Shown piece after piece: positions 45,804 to 55,330 of a DNA stretch of 64,000 nucleotides. Below the pieces are notes generated by a model that searched no databases, was not told the DNA's origin, and saw nothing but the letters and a program-made list of their open reading frames with translations. Numbering within the stretch: position 1 is the first letter of the stretch; each line of letters opens with the position of its first letter. The translations under genes and the position numbers were made by a program. Source of the DNA: an uncultured bacterium (GTDB lineage Bacteria > Krumholzibacteriota > Krumholzibacteriia > LZORAL124-64-63); the NCBI GenBank assembly GCA_963732385.1, contig CAVSZB010000007.1:64001-128000 (forward strand), read 5' to 3'.

Positions 45804-46740
45804 ACGCGCGTCTCCGGTCTGCGACATCTCGGTCATCATCCCGGCCTACAACGAGGCGGAATCGTTGCCCGAGCTGCTCGAACGCATCGACGAGGTCGTG
45901 CGGGGCATGGGGCGCACCTACGAGGTGTGGGTGATCGATGACGGCAGCCGCGACGGCACGTTCGCGGCGGTCGAAGCGGTGGCGCGGCGCCTGCCCCAGG
46001 TCCACGCGCTGGTTTTTACCCGGAACTTCGGCAAGGCCGCGGCCCTTTCGGCCGGCTTTGCGCGGACGCGGGGGCGGATCGTCATCACCATGGACGCCGA
46101 TCTGCAGGACGACCCGGCCGAGATCCCGCGGCTGGCGGCGGCGATCGAGGCTGGCAGCGATCTGGTCTCCGGCTGGAAGCAGGACCGGCAGGACGGATTC
46201 ATCAAGAACCAGTCGTCGCGGGTCTTCAACGGGGTCACCGCGCTGATGATCGGGCTGCGGCTGCACGACTTCAACTGCGGCCTGAAAGCGTATCGCGACG
46301 AGGTGGTCCGCACCGTGCGGGTCTATGGCGAGATGCATCGCTTCATCCCCGCCATGGCCCACCTCGAGGGATTCCGCGTGACGGAACTGCCGGTGCGGCA
46401 CCACCGTCGTCGTCACGGTCGCACGAAGTACGGTGCGAACCGGTTCCTGAACGGCTTTCTTGACCTGTTGACACTGCTGTTCCTCAACTCCCGCGCCACC
46501 TCGCCGCTGCATTTTTTCGGGCGGATCGGACTGCTGATGTTCCTGCTCGGCTCCGGTATCAACGGCTACTTCCTTTTCGAGTGGGCCACCGGGCACGGCC
46601 TGCGGCTGCGGCCGCTGCTGTTGTTGGGAGTGGTCCTGTTCATCATGGCGGTCCAGTTCGTCAGTCTCGGCCTGATGTCCGAGCTGATCGTCGCCGGTCG
46701 CCATCCGGAGCAGGAATACCGTGTCCGGCGCGAATTCTGA
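45796..46740 (+). CDS. GT2 polyprenyl-phosphate glycosyltransferase (ArnC/GtrB/DPM-like, two C-terminal TMs)
   Basis: IPAYNEAESL, DDGSRDGT, RNFGKAAAL, MDADLQDDP, HDFNCGLKAY, GEMHRFIP; GGAGG SD. Confidence 0.92.
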   Translation: MAERASPVCDISVIIPAYNEAESLPELLERIDEVVRGMGRTYEVWVIDDGSRDGTFAAVEAVARRLPQVHALVFTRNFGKAAALSAGFARTRGRIVITMDADLQDDPAEIPRLAAAIEAGSDLVSGWKQDRQDGFIKNQSSRVFNGVTALMIGLRLHDFNCGLKAYRDEVVRTVRVYGEMHRFIPAMAHLEGFRVTELPVRHHRRRHGRTKYGANRFLNGFLDLLTLLFLNSRATSPLHFFGRIGLLMFLLGSGINGYFLFEWATGHGLRLRPLLLLGVVLFIMAVQFVSLGLMSELIVAGRHPEQEYRVRREF

Positions 46741-47665
46741 GCCGCGGTCGGGAGGGGAGGCGGGGCCGCTTCCCTCCTTGACGGTGGTCGTCGTCAACTG
46801 GAACGGCCGCCACCTGCTCGCCGAATGTCTCGGCTCGGTGCTGACCAACGGCTACTCTCCGCTCGAGGTGATCCTGGTCGACAACGGATCGACCGATCAT
46901 TCGGTGGAGTTTGTGCGCAAGGCGTTTCCCACGGTTTCGATCATCGTCTCGCCGGAGAATCTGCGTTGGGCGGGTGGCAACAATCTGGCGCTGCGCCGTC
47001 TGCGCGCGGAGCCGCCCCGCAACCGGCAGATCCTGCTGCTCAACAACGACACGTTCGTGCCTGAGGGCAGTCTGACGCGGCTGGTGCTGGCGCTGCACGG
47101 TGAGCCGCGGGCCTGGGCGGCCACCCCGCGCATCTGCTACTTCGACGATCCCGCCCGGGTCTGGTACGACGGCGGCGAGGCGGGGCCGCGTTCCGGCTGG
47201 ATCAGGCACCACGGCATCCGGCGTCTCGCCGGGCGCCTCTCGTTCCAGCCCCGTTTCGTGGACTGGGGCACCGGCTGTGCCCTGCTGCTCGGCGAAGACG
47301 CCCTGCGCGAGATCGGCGAACTCGACGAGAGTTTCTGGTTCTACGGCGAGGACTCCGACTATTGCCTGCGCATCAAGGCGGCGGGGGGGCGCATCCTGCA
47401 CGTGCCGACCGCCCTCGTGCTGCACCATGTGAGCGATGCGCTCGGCAGTTTCAGCCCACGCAAGGCCTACCTGAAGAGCCGCAGCCACGTCCGGCTGCTG
47501 CGGCGGCACTGGCCGCGGCGCAGTTGGCCGCTGCTCGTGCCGAGCCAGGTCGTCTTCTACGGCGGGCTGACGCTGTGGCACCTCTTTGGCGGTCGGCGCG
47601 AAACAGCCTCTGCCGCCCTGCAAGGCGTGCTCGACGAATTGCGCGGCGCCCCGCCCGGCTGCTGA
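46721..47665 (+). CDS. Glycosyltransferase family 2
   Basis: VVVNWNG, VDNGSTD, ENLRWAGGNN, LLNND, GCALL, FYGEDSDYC. Confidence 0.9.
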   Translation: MSGANSEPRSGGEAGPLPSLTVVVVNWNGRHLLAECLGSVLTNGYSPLEVILVDNGSTDHSVEFVRKAFPTVSIIVSPENLRWAGGNNLALRRLRAEPPRNRQILLLNNDTFVPEGSLTRLVLALHGEPRAWAATPRICYFDDPARVWYDGGEAGPRSGWIRHHGIRRLAGRLSFQPRFVDWGTGCALLLGEDALREIGELDESFWFYGEDSDYCLRIKAAGGRILHVPTALVLHHVSDALGSFSPRKAYLKSRSHVRLLRRHWPRRSWPLLVPSQVVFYGGLTLWHLFGGRRETASAALQGVLDELRGAPPGC

Positions 47666-47681
47666 CGGCCGCCGTCGGCGG

Positions 47682-47711
47682 TGGACACGCGGTCGAGGGC
47701 GATGCTATCCT
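47682..47711 (+). promoter_or_regulatory. Possible promoter upstream of the YfhO gene
   Basis: TGGACA-18 nt-TATCCT with extended -10 TG. Confidence 0.3.
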
Positions 47712-47756
47712 TCCCGATCCGTCCACCGTGCCGCCAGGAGAAGGAAGGAAACGGTC

Positions 47757-50378
47757 TTGTCGTCGCGACGCCCGCGAGCGACCCCGCCACCGATCGCGCC
47801 CGCGGCGGCGAATCGATCCCGTCGGCGTCTGCCGGAGGGGCTCCTGCCGCTGGTGGCGGTGCTCCTGGCGCTGGCCCTGCTCTACCCCGGCCCGTTGTTC
47901 CAGGGACGGATCTTCGTCAGCGGAGACGCGCGTAACCAGGATGCCTTCACGCTCGTCGGTGATGCGGCGCTCGCGCGCGGTATCTACCCGCAGTGGAATC
48001 CCTATCTGTTCGGCGGGATGCCTACCTTCGGCTCGCTCAGCTACACGAAATTTGTCTATCCGCCGTCGGTCGTCCTCAACTTCCTGCACGATCCCCTCGG
48101 CCTGCCGCCCCTGACCTGGCTGTTTGCGCACCTCATCTTCGGTGCATTGGGCATGGCCTGCCTGCTGCGCCGCTGGGGGGTGTCGCCCGCCGGACGGGCG
48201 TTGGGCGGGCTGGTCTGGGTGCTGGCGCCGAACGTGGTCGCGTGGTGCGTGTACGGGCACGGCTCGAAGCTTGGCGCGGCGATGTACCTGCCGTGGATCG
48301 TGGCGGGGGCGTTCGAGGTGCTGGGCGGGGGCGGTCGGCGCGCGGTGGCGCTGACGGCGCTCATGCTGGGGCTGCAACTGCTTCGCGGACACGTGCAGAT
48401 CACCTACTACACCCTGCTGGCGGTGGGGCTGCTGGCGGTGGCGCAGACCTGGCGGCCGTTCCTGCCGGCGGGTGCCACCGGCGCGGCGGCATCGTTGTCG
48501 GAACCTCCGCTCCCGGTGCGCGCCCGCCGTCTGGGGGCGCTGGCCGGGGCGCTGGCGCTCGCCTTCCTCCTCGGTGCGGTGCTGCTGTTGCCGCTGCGCG
48601 GTTACGCCGGCGCCTCGATCCGCGGCCTGTCCGCGAGCGGGGGCGGCGCCTCGTACGACTACGCCACGAACTGGAGTTTCTCGCCAGCCGAGTTGCCGAC
48701 CCTCGTGCTGCCGGCCGCCTCCGGTTTCGGCAAGGGCAGCTACTGCGGGCCGATGCCGTTCACCGACTATCCGAACTACTTCGGCTTCCTCTGGCTCGCG
48801 CTGGTGGTCGCCGCGGCCTGGGCGGCGCGGCCGCGGCTGGCCTGGGCGCTGCTCGTGCTTTCCCTGCTCGCCCTGCTGGTCTCTTTCGGACGCCATGGTT
48901 CGCCTCTGTTCGACCTGTTCTACCGGCATCTGCCCTACTTCAACAAGTTTCGCATCCCGGTGATGATCCTGATCCTGCCCACGTTCGCGCTGGCGCTGCT
49001 GGCGGCGCTCGGCGCGGACGCGCTCGCGCGCGACAGGACCGGTCCCGGCCGCGGCCGGGGGGACCGGTTGCGGGCGGCGCTGCCGGTCGGTCTGGCCCTG
49101 CTCGGCGGCGTGCTTTTGCTGGGCGCCGTCGGTCTGGCGAGAGGTCCCTACCAGGACCAGTTGCGCGCGCTGGCCGCGGGCGCCGGGCGGCCTGGTCCGG
49201 TGGCGGGCCAGCTGGCGGTGGCGTGGAATCTGCAGCGGGCCGATCTCGTGCGCATCGGCGCTCTCCTGCTCGTCGCGGGCGGCGTGCTGGCCTGGGCGGC
49301 GCGTCATCCCGGATTCCGGCGCGCCTGGCTCGGCTGGACGCTGGCTGCGCTCGTGGCGCTGGATCTCGGCGCGGTGGCGACACGCATCGTGCATCCGGAG
49401 CGGGCGCTGATCGAGGTGGGGCAGGATGCCCAGGGGCAGGCGGCGCTCGTGCGGGCGACGCCGCTGCTGGCCGACTTCGTGCCGCCTCGTCGCGATCTGG
49501 GACAGGGGCCGGTCTTCACCTCGCTCGCGCAGCAGGTCGGACACGATCGGGTCTGGCCGCTCGGCGCGCTCGGAGGCAGCGGGGATTTCATGGCGGCCGG
49601 GGTGCGTTCGCTCGGCGGGTACCATCCGGCCAAGCTGGCCGCCTTCGAGCCGATCCGGGAGCGGCTGTTCGGGCGCGAGGAGCCGGCGGCGAGACTGGCA
49701 AACTGGCTTGCCGGCCGCGTGGTGGCCGTGCCGGGCGAACTGCCGCCGCAGGCGCAGCCGTGGTTGCGGGAACTGGGCGCGGACCTCGTCTTTCCGCCGC
49801 TGCTGAGCGGCGGCGGCATGACGTTCTACGCGAACCGCGCGGCGTTGCCGCGCGCGCGGCTGTACGACCGCTGGATCGCGGTCGGTTCGCTGCCGGGCGG
49901 CGGCCAGCTGGACAATTTCCTGGAGCGGCTGCAGTCGGGCGCGTGGGGGCCGGACCGGCCGGTCGCGCTCGATCGGACGCCGGTTCCGGCCCCGCTGCCG
50001 GCCGGCGCGCCGCTGCCGGCCCCGATTTTCGAGCGGGACGACCTCGGCGAGGTGTGCCTGCGCACGACGGCGCCGGTTCCGAGCGTGTTGCTGCTGGCCG
50101 ACATGGCGGCACCCGGCTGGACGGTGTCGATCGACGGGCGTCCGGCCACCGCGTTGCGTGGCGATCTGGTGCTGCGGGCGGTGGCGGTTCCGGCTGGCGA
50201 CCATCTTGTGCGGTGGGTCTATAGCGATCCCTGGCTGCGCCGCGGTCTGGTCTGCAGCGCCGGGGGCAGCGTGATCCTCCTGCTCCTGCTCGCGCCGTGG
50301 CCGACGGTCGCGGCGCATCGCACGCGGGGGGAAGGGTCGGCGCAGCGCGATCTGTCCGGCGAAGAGGGGCGGGGATGA
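47757..50378 (+). CDS. YfhO family GT-C membrane protein
   Basis: YPQWNPYLFGGMP, HVQITYY, YATNWS, Y.GPMPFTDYPNYFG, FNKFR.P, GGYHPAKL, PGWTVSIDG, RAVAVPAGDH; TTG start after AAGGAAGG. Confidence 0.88.
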   Translation: MSSRRPRATPPPIAPAAANRSRRRLPEGLLPLVAVLLALALLYPGPLFQGRIFVSGDARNQDAFTLVGDAALARGIYPQWNPYLFGGMPTFGSLSYTKFVYPPSVVLNFLHDPLGLPPLTWLFAHLIFGALGMACLLRRWGVSPAGRALGGLVWVLAPNVVAWCVYGHGSKLGAAMYLPWIVAGAFEVLGGGGRRAVALTALMLGLQLLRGHVQITYYTLLAVGLLAVAQTWRPFLPAGATGAAASLSEPPLPVRARRLGALAGALALAFLLGAVLLLPLRGYAGASIRGLSASGGGASYDYATNWSFSPAELPTLVLPAASGFGKGSYCGPMPFTDYPNYFGFLWLALVVAAAWAARPRLAWALLVLSLLALLVSFGRHGSPLFDLFYRHLPYFNKFRIPVMILILPTFALALLAALGADALARDRTGPGRGRGDRLRAALPVGLALLGGVLLLGAVGLARGPYQDQLRALAAGAGRPGPVAGQLAVAWNLQRADLVRIGALLLVAGGVLAWAARHPGFRRAWLGWTLAALVALDLGAVATRIVHPERALIEVGQDAQGQAALVRATPLLADFVPPRRDLGQGPVFTSLAQQVGHDRVWPLGALGGSGDFMAAGVRSLGGYHPAKLAAFEPIRERLFGREEPAARLANWLAGRVVAVPGELPPQAQPWLRELGADLVFPPLLSGGGMTFYANRAALPRARLYDRWIAVGSLPGGGQLDNFLERLQSGAWGPDRPVALDRTPVPAPLPAGAPLPAPIFERDDLGEVCLRTTAPVPSVLLLADMAAPGWTVSIDGRPATALRGDLVLRAVAVPAGDHLVRWVYSDPWLRRGLVCSAGGSVILLLLLAPWPTVAAHRTRGEGSAQRDLSGEEGRG

Positions 50379-51082
50379 AAAGCTGCGTGGTCATCCCGAC
50401 CTACAACGAGGCGGAGAACATCGGCGGGCTGGTGCCGCTCGTGCTGGCACGCGACCCGGAGTTGTCGGTGCTCGTGGTCGACGACACCTCGCCCGACGGC
50501 ACGGGGGCGATTGTGCGCGCCCTGCCCGGATTCGGAACACGCGTCCACCTGTTGTCGCGGCCGGTCAAGGCGGGGCTGGGCGCCGCGTACATCGCCGGCT
50601 TCCAGTGGGTGCTCGCCCATACCGACGCCGCAGCGATCTTCGAGATGGACGCCGATTTCAGCCACGATCCCGCCGCGCTCGACCAGTTCCTGCGCGAGAT
50701 CCGCGACGCCGACGTCGTGATCGGCAGTCGCTACCTGCACGGCGTGACGGTGGTCAACTGGCCGCTGCGCCGGTTGGTGTTGAGCGTCGGCGCCAACATC
50801 TACACGCGGATCGTCACCGGGATGCCGCTCAAGGACAGCACCGGCGGCTTCAAGTGCTTCCGCCGCGAGGTGCTGGCGGCGCTGCCGCTCGAGCGCATCA
50901 AGAGTGACGGCTACGGGTTCCAGATCGAGGTCAACCACCTTTGCTGGCGGCGGGGCTACCGCATCAGGGAGATCCCGATCACGTTCACGGACCGGCGGGT
51001 CGGCATCTCCAAGATGTCGAAGCGGATCATCTGGGAAGCGATGTGGATGGTCTGGGCGTTGCGGCTGAAGCGGATCTTCTAG
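50375..51082 (+). CDS. Polyprenol monophosphomannose synthase (DPM1/Ppm1-like GT2)
   Basis: IPTYNEAENI, VDDTSPDGTG, GLGAAYIAGF, MDADFSHDP, DSTGGFKCFRR, GYGFQIE, FTDRRVGISKMS. Confidence 0.94.
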   Translation: MKSCVVIPTYNEAENIGGLVPLVLARDPELSVLVVDDTSPDGTGAIVRALPGFGTRVHLLSRPVKAGLGAAYIAGFQWVLAHTDAAAIFEMDADFSHDPAALDQFLREIRDADVVIGSRYLHGVTVVNWPLRRLVLSVGANIYTRIVTGMPLKDSTGGFKCFRREVLAALPLERIKSDGYGFQIEVNHLCWRRGYRIREIPITFTDRRVGISKMSKRIIWEAMWMVWALRLKRIF

Positions 51083-51105
51083 GGCGCGGCGCGCCGGGGG
51101 CGGAC

Positions 51106-52782
51106 GTGAAGCTTTCGATCATCATCGTCCACTACGATACGCCCGACGATCTGGCGCGCTGTCTCGATTCGCTGGGCGCGCATCCGCCAGCCTGTCCGCA
51201 TGAGATCGTGGTGGTGGACAACGCTTCGCATGCTTCGGGACTGACCGAGCTGCGCGCGCGTCACTCCGGTGTCCGCTGGCTGCTCAACCACGAGAACGTC
51301 GGCTACGCGCGCGGCGTGAATCAGGGTTTCGCCGCGGCGCCGGCCGACTACCATCTCGTGCTCAACCCCGACATCGTGGTCGCGCCGGGCGCGTTGGACG
51401 AGCTGCTTGCCTTCGCCGAGGCCCGACCGCGCGCCGGTATCGTGGGGCCGCAACTGCTCAACGAGGATGGGACGGTCCAGGACTCCTGCCGCCGCTTCTA
51501 CACCTTCCGGGCTCTGCTGCTGCGGCGGACCTTCCTGGGCCGCCTCTGGCCCCGCGCCCGCGCCGTGGAAGCCCACCTGATGCGCGATTTTGACCACGAC
51601 CGGGAGCGGGCGGTGGACTGGGTGCTCGGCGGCTGCATGCTGGTGCGGCGGGCGGCGCTGGAGCGGGTCGGACCGCTCGACCGGCGGTTCTTCCTCTACT
51701 TCGAGGATGTCGACTGGTGTTTCCGGATGTGGCAGGCGGGGTGGGAGGTGCTCTATTTTCCCGGCGCGCGCTTCACCCACCGGCACCGGCGCCAGAGCGC
51801 GAAGGGGGGGGCGCTGCGTCGCGGTTTCTGGCTCCACCTGTCCAGCCTGATCTCGTTCTATGAGAAGTGGGGCCTGCTGGTCTATCTGTTCAAGCGGTGG
51901 CGTGGCCCGGTGGGGGTGGCGCTGCAGTGGGGGATCGACATGGCGGCGCTCGGCGGGGCGCTGCTGGGCGCGTATGCGCTGCGCTCCGCCGTGAACCCGC
52001 TGTTTCCTGAACCGCTGTTCCCCCTGCGCGACTACGGCCCGCTCTTCTTCTTCGGCGCGCTGCTCGCCACGGTGACCTTCCTGCTGCGCGGCCGGTACCG
52101 CGGCCGGCCCGCTCGCGGCCCGGTCGGGATGGCGAGGCGCGCGCGTGAGACCGGCACCGTTGCCCTGCTGTTGCTGGCCAGCACCTACCTGAGCCACCAG
52201 CAGACCTACAGCCGGGCTGTCCTGCTGCTGTTTGCTCCGCTGGCGACGGTGGCGCTCGCGCTCGGTGAAGGGTTGTTCGCCGCCGTGCGGCGGCGCCTCG
52301 AGCGCGGCTGGCTGTCGCTGGAACGGACGCTGCTCGTGGGTTCGCCCGCCGCGGTCGGGGCGTGGCTCGACGGCCATGGCGACGGTCGTGCGCTCGGGCT
52401 CGATCCGGTCGGCTATCTCGCCCCGGCGCCGGCGCACTCCACTCCCGGCCCGTTGGCCGGCGGGGCGGTCCCGTGGCTCGGCGCGCCCGAGTCGCTGCCG
52501 GACCTGGTCGAGCGGTACCGCATCTCGCAGGTGGTGTTCTGGGACTGGCCGCGGGAAGACGCGGGGGCGCGCGATTCCCTGGACGCCTTGCGCCGTCGCC
52601 GCATCCGCCTGCGCTGGCGGGTGGAGGAGGCGTGGCTGCTGGAGGCCGGCGCCCGCTCGGAACCGTTCGGCGGGAGCGGCAGCGTGGTCCTGGATCCGCC
52701 GTCCGTATCCGCACCGTCCGGTCTGCGCCGCGGGTCCGCCCGGAGCGGCGAACCTGGGCAGGCGGGCGGAGATGCCATATAG
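51106..52782 (+). CDS. GT2 (WbbL-like) glycosyltransferase fused to a WcaJ-type 4-TM plus Rossmann-like domain
   Basis: KLSIIIVHY, VVDNAS, NVGYARGVN, LNPD, DWVLGGCMLVRR, FFLYFEDVDWC; then TM helices, YSRAVLLL, RTLLVG, PVGYL, ISQVV. Confidence 0.85.
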   Translation: MKLSIIIVHYDTPDDLARCLDSLGAHPPACPHEIVVVDNASHASGLTELRARHSGVRWLLNHENVGYARGVNQGFAAAPADYHLVLNPDIVVAPGALDELLAFAEARPRAGIVGPQLLNEDGTVQDSCRRFYTFRALLLRRTFLGRLWPRARAVEAHLMRDFDHDRERAVDWVLGGCMLVRRAALERVGPLDRRFFLYFEDVDWCFRMWQAGWEVLYFPGARFTHRHRRQSAKGGALRRGFWLHLSSLISFYEKWGLLVYLFKRWRGPVGVALQWGIDMAALGGALLGAYALRSAVNPLFPEPLFPLRDYGPLFFFGALLATVTFLLRGRYRGRPARGPVGMARRARETGTVALLLLASTYLSHQQTYSRAVLLLFAPLATVALALGEGLFAAVRRRLERGWLSLERTLLVGSPAAVGAWLDGHGDGRALGLDPVGYLAPAPAHSTPGPLAGGAVPWLGAPESLPDLVERYRISQVVFWDWPREDAGARDSLDALRRRRIRLRWRVEEAWLLEAGARSEPFGGSGSVVLDPPSVSAPSGLRRGSARSGEPGQAGGDAI

Positions 52783-52849
52783 TGGAAAGAGTTGTCCGCT
52801 CCGCGGGGCCCCCTGAATGGTCTGGTCGTGTCGGTCGGAGGTTGCCGAA

Positions 52850-55309
52850 GTGATGTTATGCCTGCTTGGCGGGACCGGTCCGCACGCCCGGCGCGCGATC
52901 GCGGCGGTTCTTTTGTGCCTGCCTGCGCTGCCGGCGGTGGCGCAGGAGGTTTCCTTCACCTCGCTGACGGCGGCGCGCGAATGCCGCGTCCTGCTGCCGG
53001 ACGGCGAACAGATCTATGGAGGGCTGAGCGACGGCGGCGTGGTGGTCTGGAATGCCGCCGACCCCGCGCTCTACACCCGCTGGACGGTGGAGGATGGCCT
53101 TTCCGGCCAGCGGGTCAACGCGCTGGCCACGTCCGGATCCCATATCTGGGTAGCTACCTCGGGGGCTGGACTCACGCGGGTGACGCCAGGGGTGGTGCCG
53201 GAGTTCCGGCAGTACGCCAATCTCGGCGGACTCGACATCACCACCGTCATCGCGACGACCCGCGGCACCGCGGAGGTGGTCTACTATGGCCTGCTTGGCG
53301 CCGGCGTGGGGGTTATCAATAGTGGTCTGCCCGGCGCGATCTACACTCAGGTGGAGCACGGGCTGGTCGGCGACGACGTCAGCGCGCTCGCCTTCCTCGG
53401 CAATGACCTGTGGGTCGGCACGGAGGAGGGGGTGTCACGCTTCGCCGCCAACGTGTTCACGACCGAGGTGGCCGGTCTGACCGACCTCCGGATCAACACC
53501 CTGCAGGCCGTGGGAGACACGCTGCTGTTCGCCGGCACTTTCACCGACGGCGTTTACCGCTGGGACGACGGCGCGGCCCGGTGGGAAAGACTTGGGGCGC
53601 TCGACGGCCTGGTGCTCGCGATCGCCGCGCAGGGTGGGGCGGTGTGGGCGCTGATCGAGGGTGTCGGCAGCGAGAACCGGCTCTGGCGCTGGGACGGCGC
53701 CACGTGGACCGCTGCCAGCCTGCCCGAGTCGCGCACGCGCGTGATCGCCCGGAACGACGGTGAACTCTGGTGCGCCGGGCTGCGCATCGATCCGGACTGC
53801 GACCCGGACGGGCGGGCCACGCGGGCCTTCCTGGCCCGGCGTGATGAAGCGGCCTGGTCGTCGTGGGGCATGCACGAACTGCTCTTTCTTGGCGTGGACG
53901 GCGTCTCCTTCGGACCCGACGGCGCGTTCTGGCTCGGATCGCGCGAGGGGGTGGGGGTGGCGCGGCGCACCGTCGACGGCCAATGGGGGCAGGTGGCCGG
54001 TCTTGCCACGGCCGCCAACGACTCCGCCGGGCTGTTCGCTTTCGGGGCCAACATCCTCTCTTTGGCGGCCGCGCCCGACGGGGATGTCTGGGTCTCGCAG
54101 TACGATTTCCGCGTGCCGGGGCAGGGAGGGCTGCTGCGCCTGCGTCCCGGCGCCGCGGTCGATCTGACGGACGCCGCCGGGGTGCTGCTGCCGCCGACGG
54201 AAGCCCCTCCCGGCCACCACCGCACGGTGCGGGTCGTGCGGCATCCCGATGGTCCCCTGATGATGTGCACGGACCAGCTGGGGGTGGATGTGCTGGTCGA
54301 TCCGGCGCGTCCCCGTGATCCGGCGGCCTGGGTGCGTCTGCCGGTCGATACGGAAGGTCTGGGCGGGGGGATCGTGCGCGACGCGGTCGTGGCGCGGCGG
54401 GACGTGGTCTGGTTCACCGTCAACGGGATCGGCCTGATGCGCTGGGACATCAATGGACCGGCCGGCCCGGAGGCCCCGCTGACGTGGTCCGACCTCGCCG
54501 ACGACGTCTGGACCGGACCGATCGCCGCCTTGTCCGGCACGAATTTCAACTTTGCCCAGGCGCGGGCGCTCGCCGCGCCGGCCGACGGCACGCTGTGGGC
54601 CGGCGGCAGTGGCGGCGTGGCGCATCTGCGCCCGCTCGACGGCGGCGGCGCCGTCCTGCTGGCGGCGTATGGCGCGAAAGCGGACGTCTATCTCGCCGGA
54701 CTCCTCACCGGCACGGTTTCCGACCTCGAACTCGACGACAACGGCGACCTGTGGGTCGCGCTCGAGGGGGGGCTCAACCGGATCCGGCAGCGCGGGGACC
54801 AAACCACCATCGACGCCTGGACCAACCTGGAAGCCTATGCTGCCTACAGCCTTGGCAATCTCTACTCGCCGAGCGTGCTCGCCGGTCTGCCGGGCGCCAT
54901 CTTCTACGAACTGGCGTCCGATCCCGGCTCCGGGAGATTGCTCGCCGGCAGCAATTACGGCGCGGTGATGATCGACGTCGCCCCGCTTGGCGCGGTGGAC
55001 GCGGAGGTGCTTGCGGGGCTGTTCCTCTATCCCAACCCGTTCGCGGGCGGCACCGGGGCGGCGGGGCTGAAACTGGACGGCGTGACCGTCGAGGTGACGA
55101 CCACCGGGTCGTCCGTGACCGGAGGGGTCACGGTGGAGGTGTACGACCTGCAGGGGCAGCTCGTGCACCGGGCGAGCCACGTGGGCACCGGCGATCCGTT
55201 CTGGGACGGCCGCAATCTGCAGGGCGATCCGGTCAGCAGCGGACTCTACATGGTAAAGGTGACTCTGGATGGACAGAACGCGGTGCGGACGCTTGCGGTC
55301 GTGCGCTGA
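52850..55309 (+). CDS. PorZ-like beta-propeller protein with a C-terminal T9SS type A / FlgD-Ig domain
   Basis: Signal peptide; Reg_prop-like repeats (DGLSGQRVNALA..IWVAT..GL, GLVGDDVSALA..LWVGTEEGVS, VSDLELDDNGDLWVA..GGL); C-terminus LYPNPF..VEVYDLQGQLV..WDGRNLQGDPVSSGLYMV..RTLAVVR; GGAGGT SD before the GTG. Confidence 0.8.
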   Translation: MMLCLLGGTGPHARRAIAAVLLCLPALPAVAQEVSFTSLTAARECRVLLPDGEQIYGGLSDGGVVVWNAADPALYTRWTVEDGLSGQRVNALATSGSHIWVATSGAGLTRVTPGVVPEFRQYANLGGLDITTVIATTRGTAEVVYYGLLGAGVGVINSGLPGAIYTQVEHGLVGDDVSALAFLGNDLWVGTEEGVSRFAANVFTTEVAGLTDLRINTLQAVGDTLLFAGTFTDGVYRWDDGAARWERLGALDGLVLAIAAQGGAVWALIEGVGSENRLWRWDGATWTAASLPESRTRVIARNDGELWCAGLRIDPDCDPDGRATRAFLARRDEAAWSSWGMHELLFLGVDGVSFGPDGAFWLGSREGVGVARRTVDGQWGQVAGLATAANDSAGLFAFGANILSLAAAPDGDVWVSQYDFRVPGQGGLLRLRPGAAVDLTDAAGVLLPPTEAPPGHHRTVRVVRHPDGPLMMCTDQLGVDVLVDPARPRDPAAWVRLPVDTEGLGGGIVRDAVVARRDVVWFTVNGIGLMRWDINGPAGPEAPLTWSDLADDVWTGPIAALSGTNFNFAQARALAAPADGTLWAGGSGGVAHLRPLDGGGAVLLAAYGAKADVYLAGLLTGTVSDLELDDNGDLWVALEGGLNRIRQRGDQTTIDAWTNLEAYAAYSLGNLYSPSVLAGLPGAIFYELASDPGSGRLLAGSNYGAVMIDVAPLGAVDAEVLAGLFLYPNPFAGGTGAAGLKLDGVTVEVTTTGSSVTGGVTVEVYDLQGQLVHRASHVGTGDPFWDGRNLQGDPVSSGLYMVKVTLDGQNAVRTLAVVR

Positions 55310-55330
55310 ATCTTCCGCGGGAAAGCCGAC

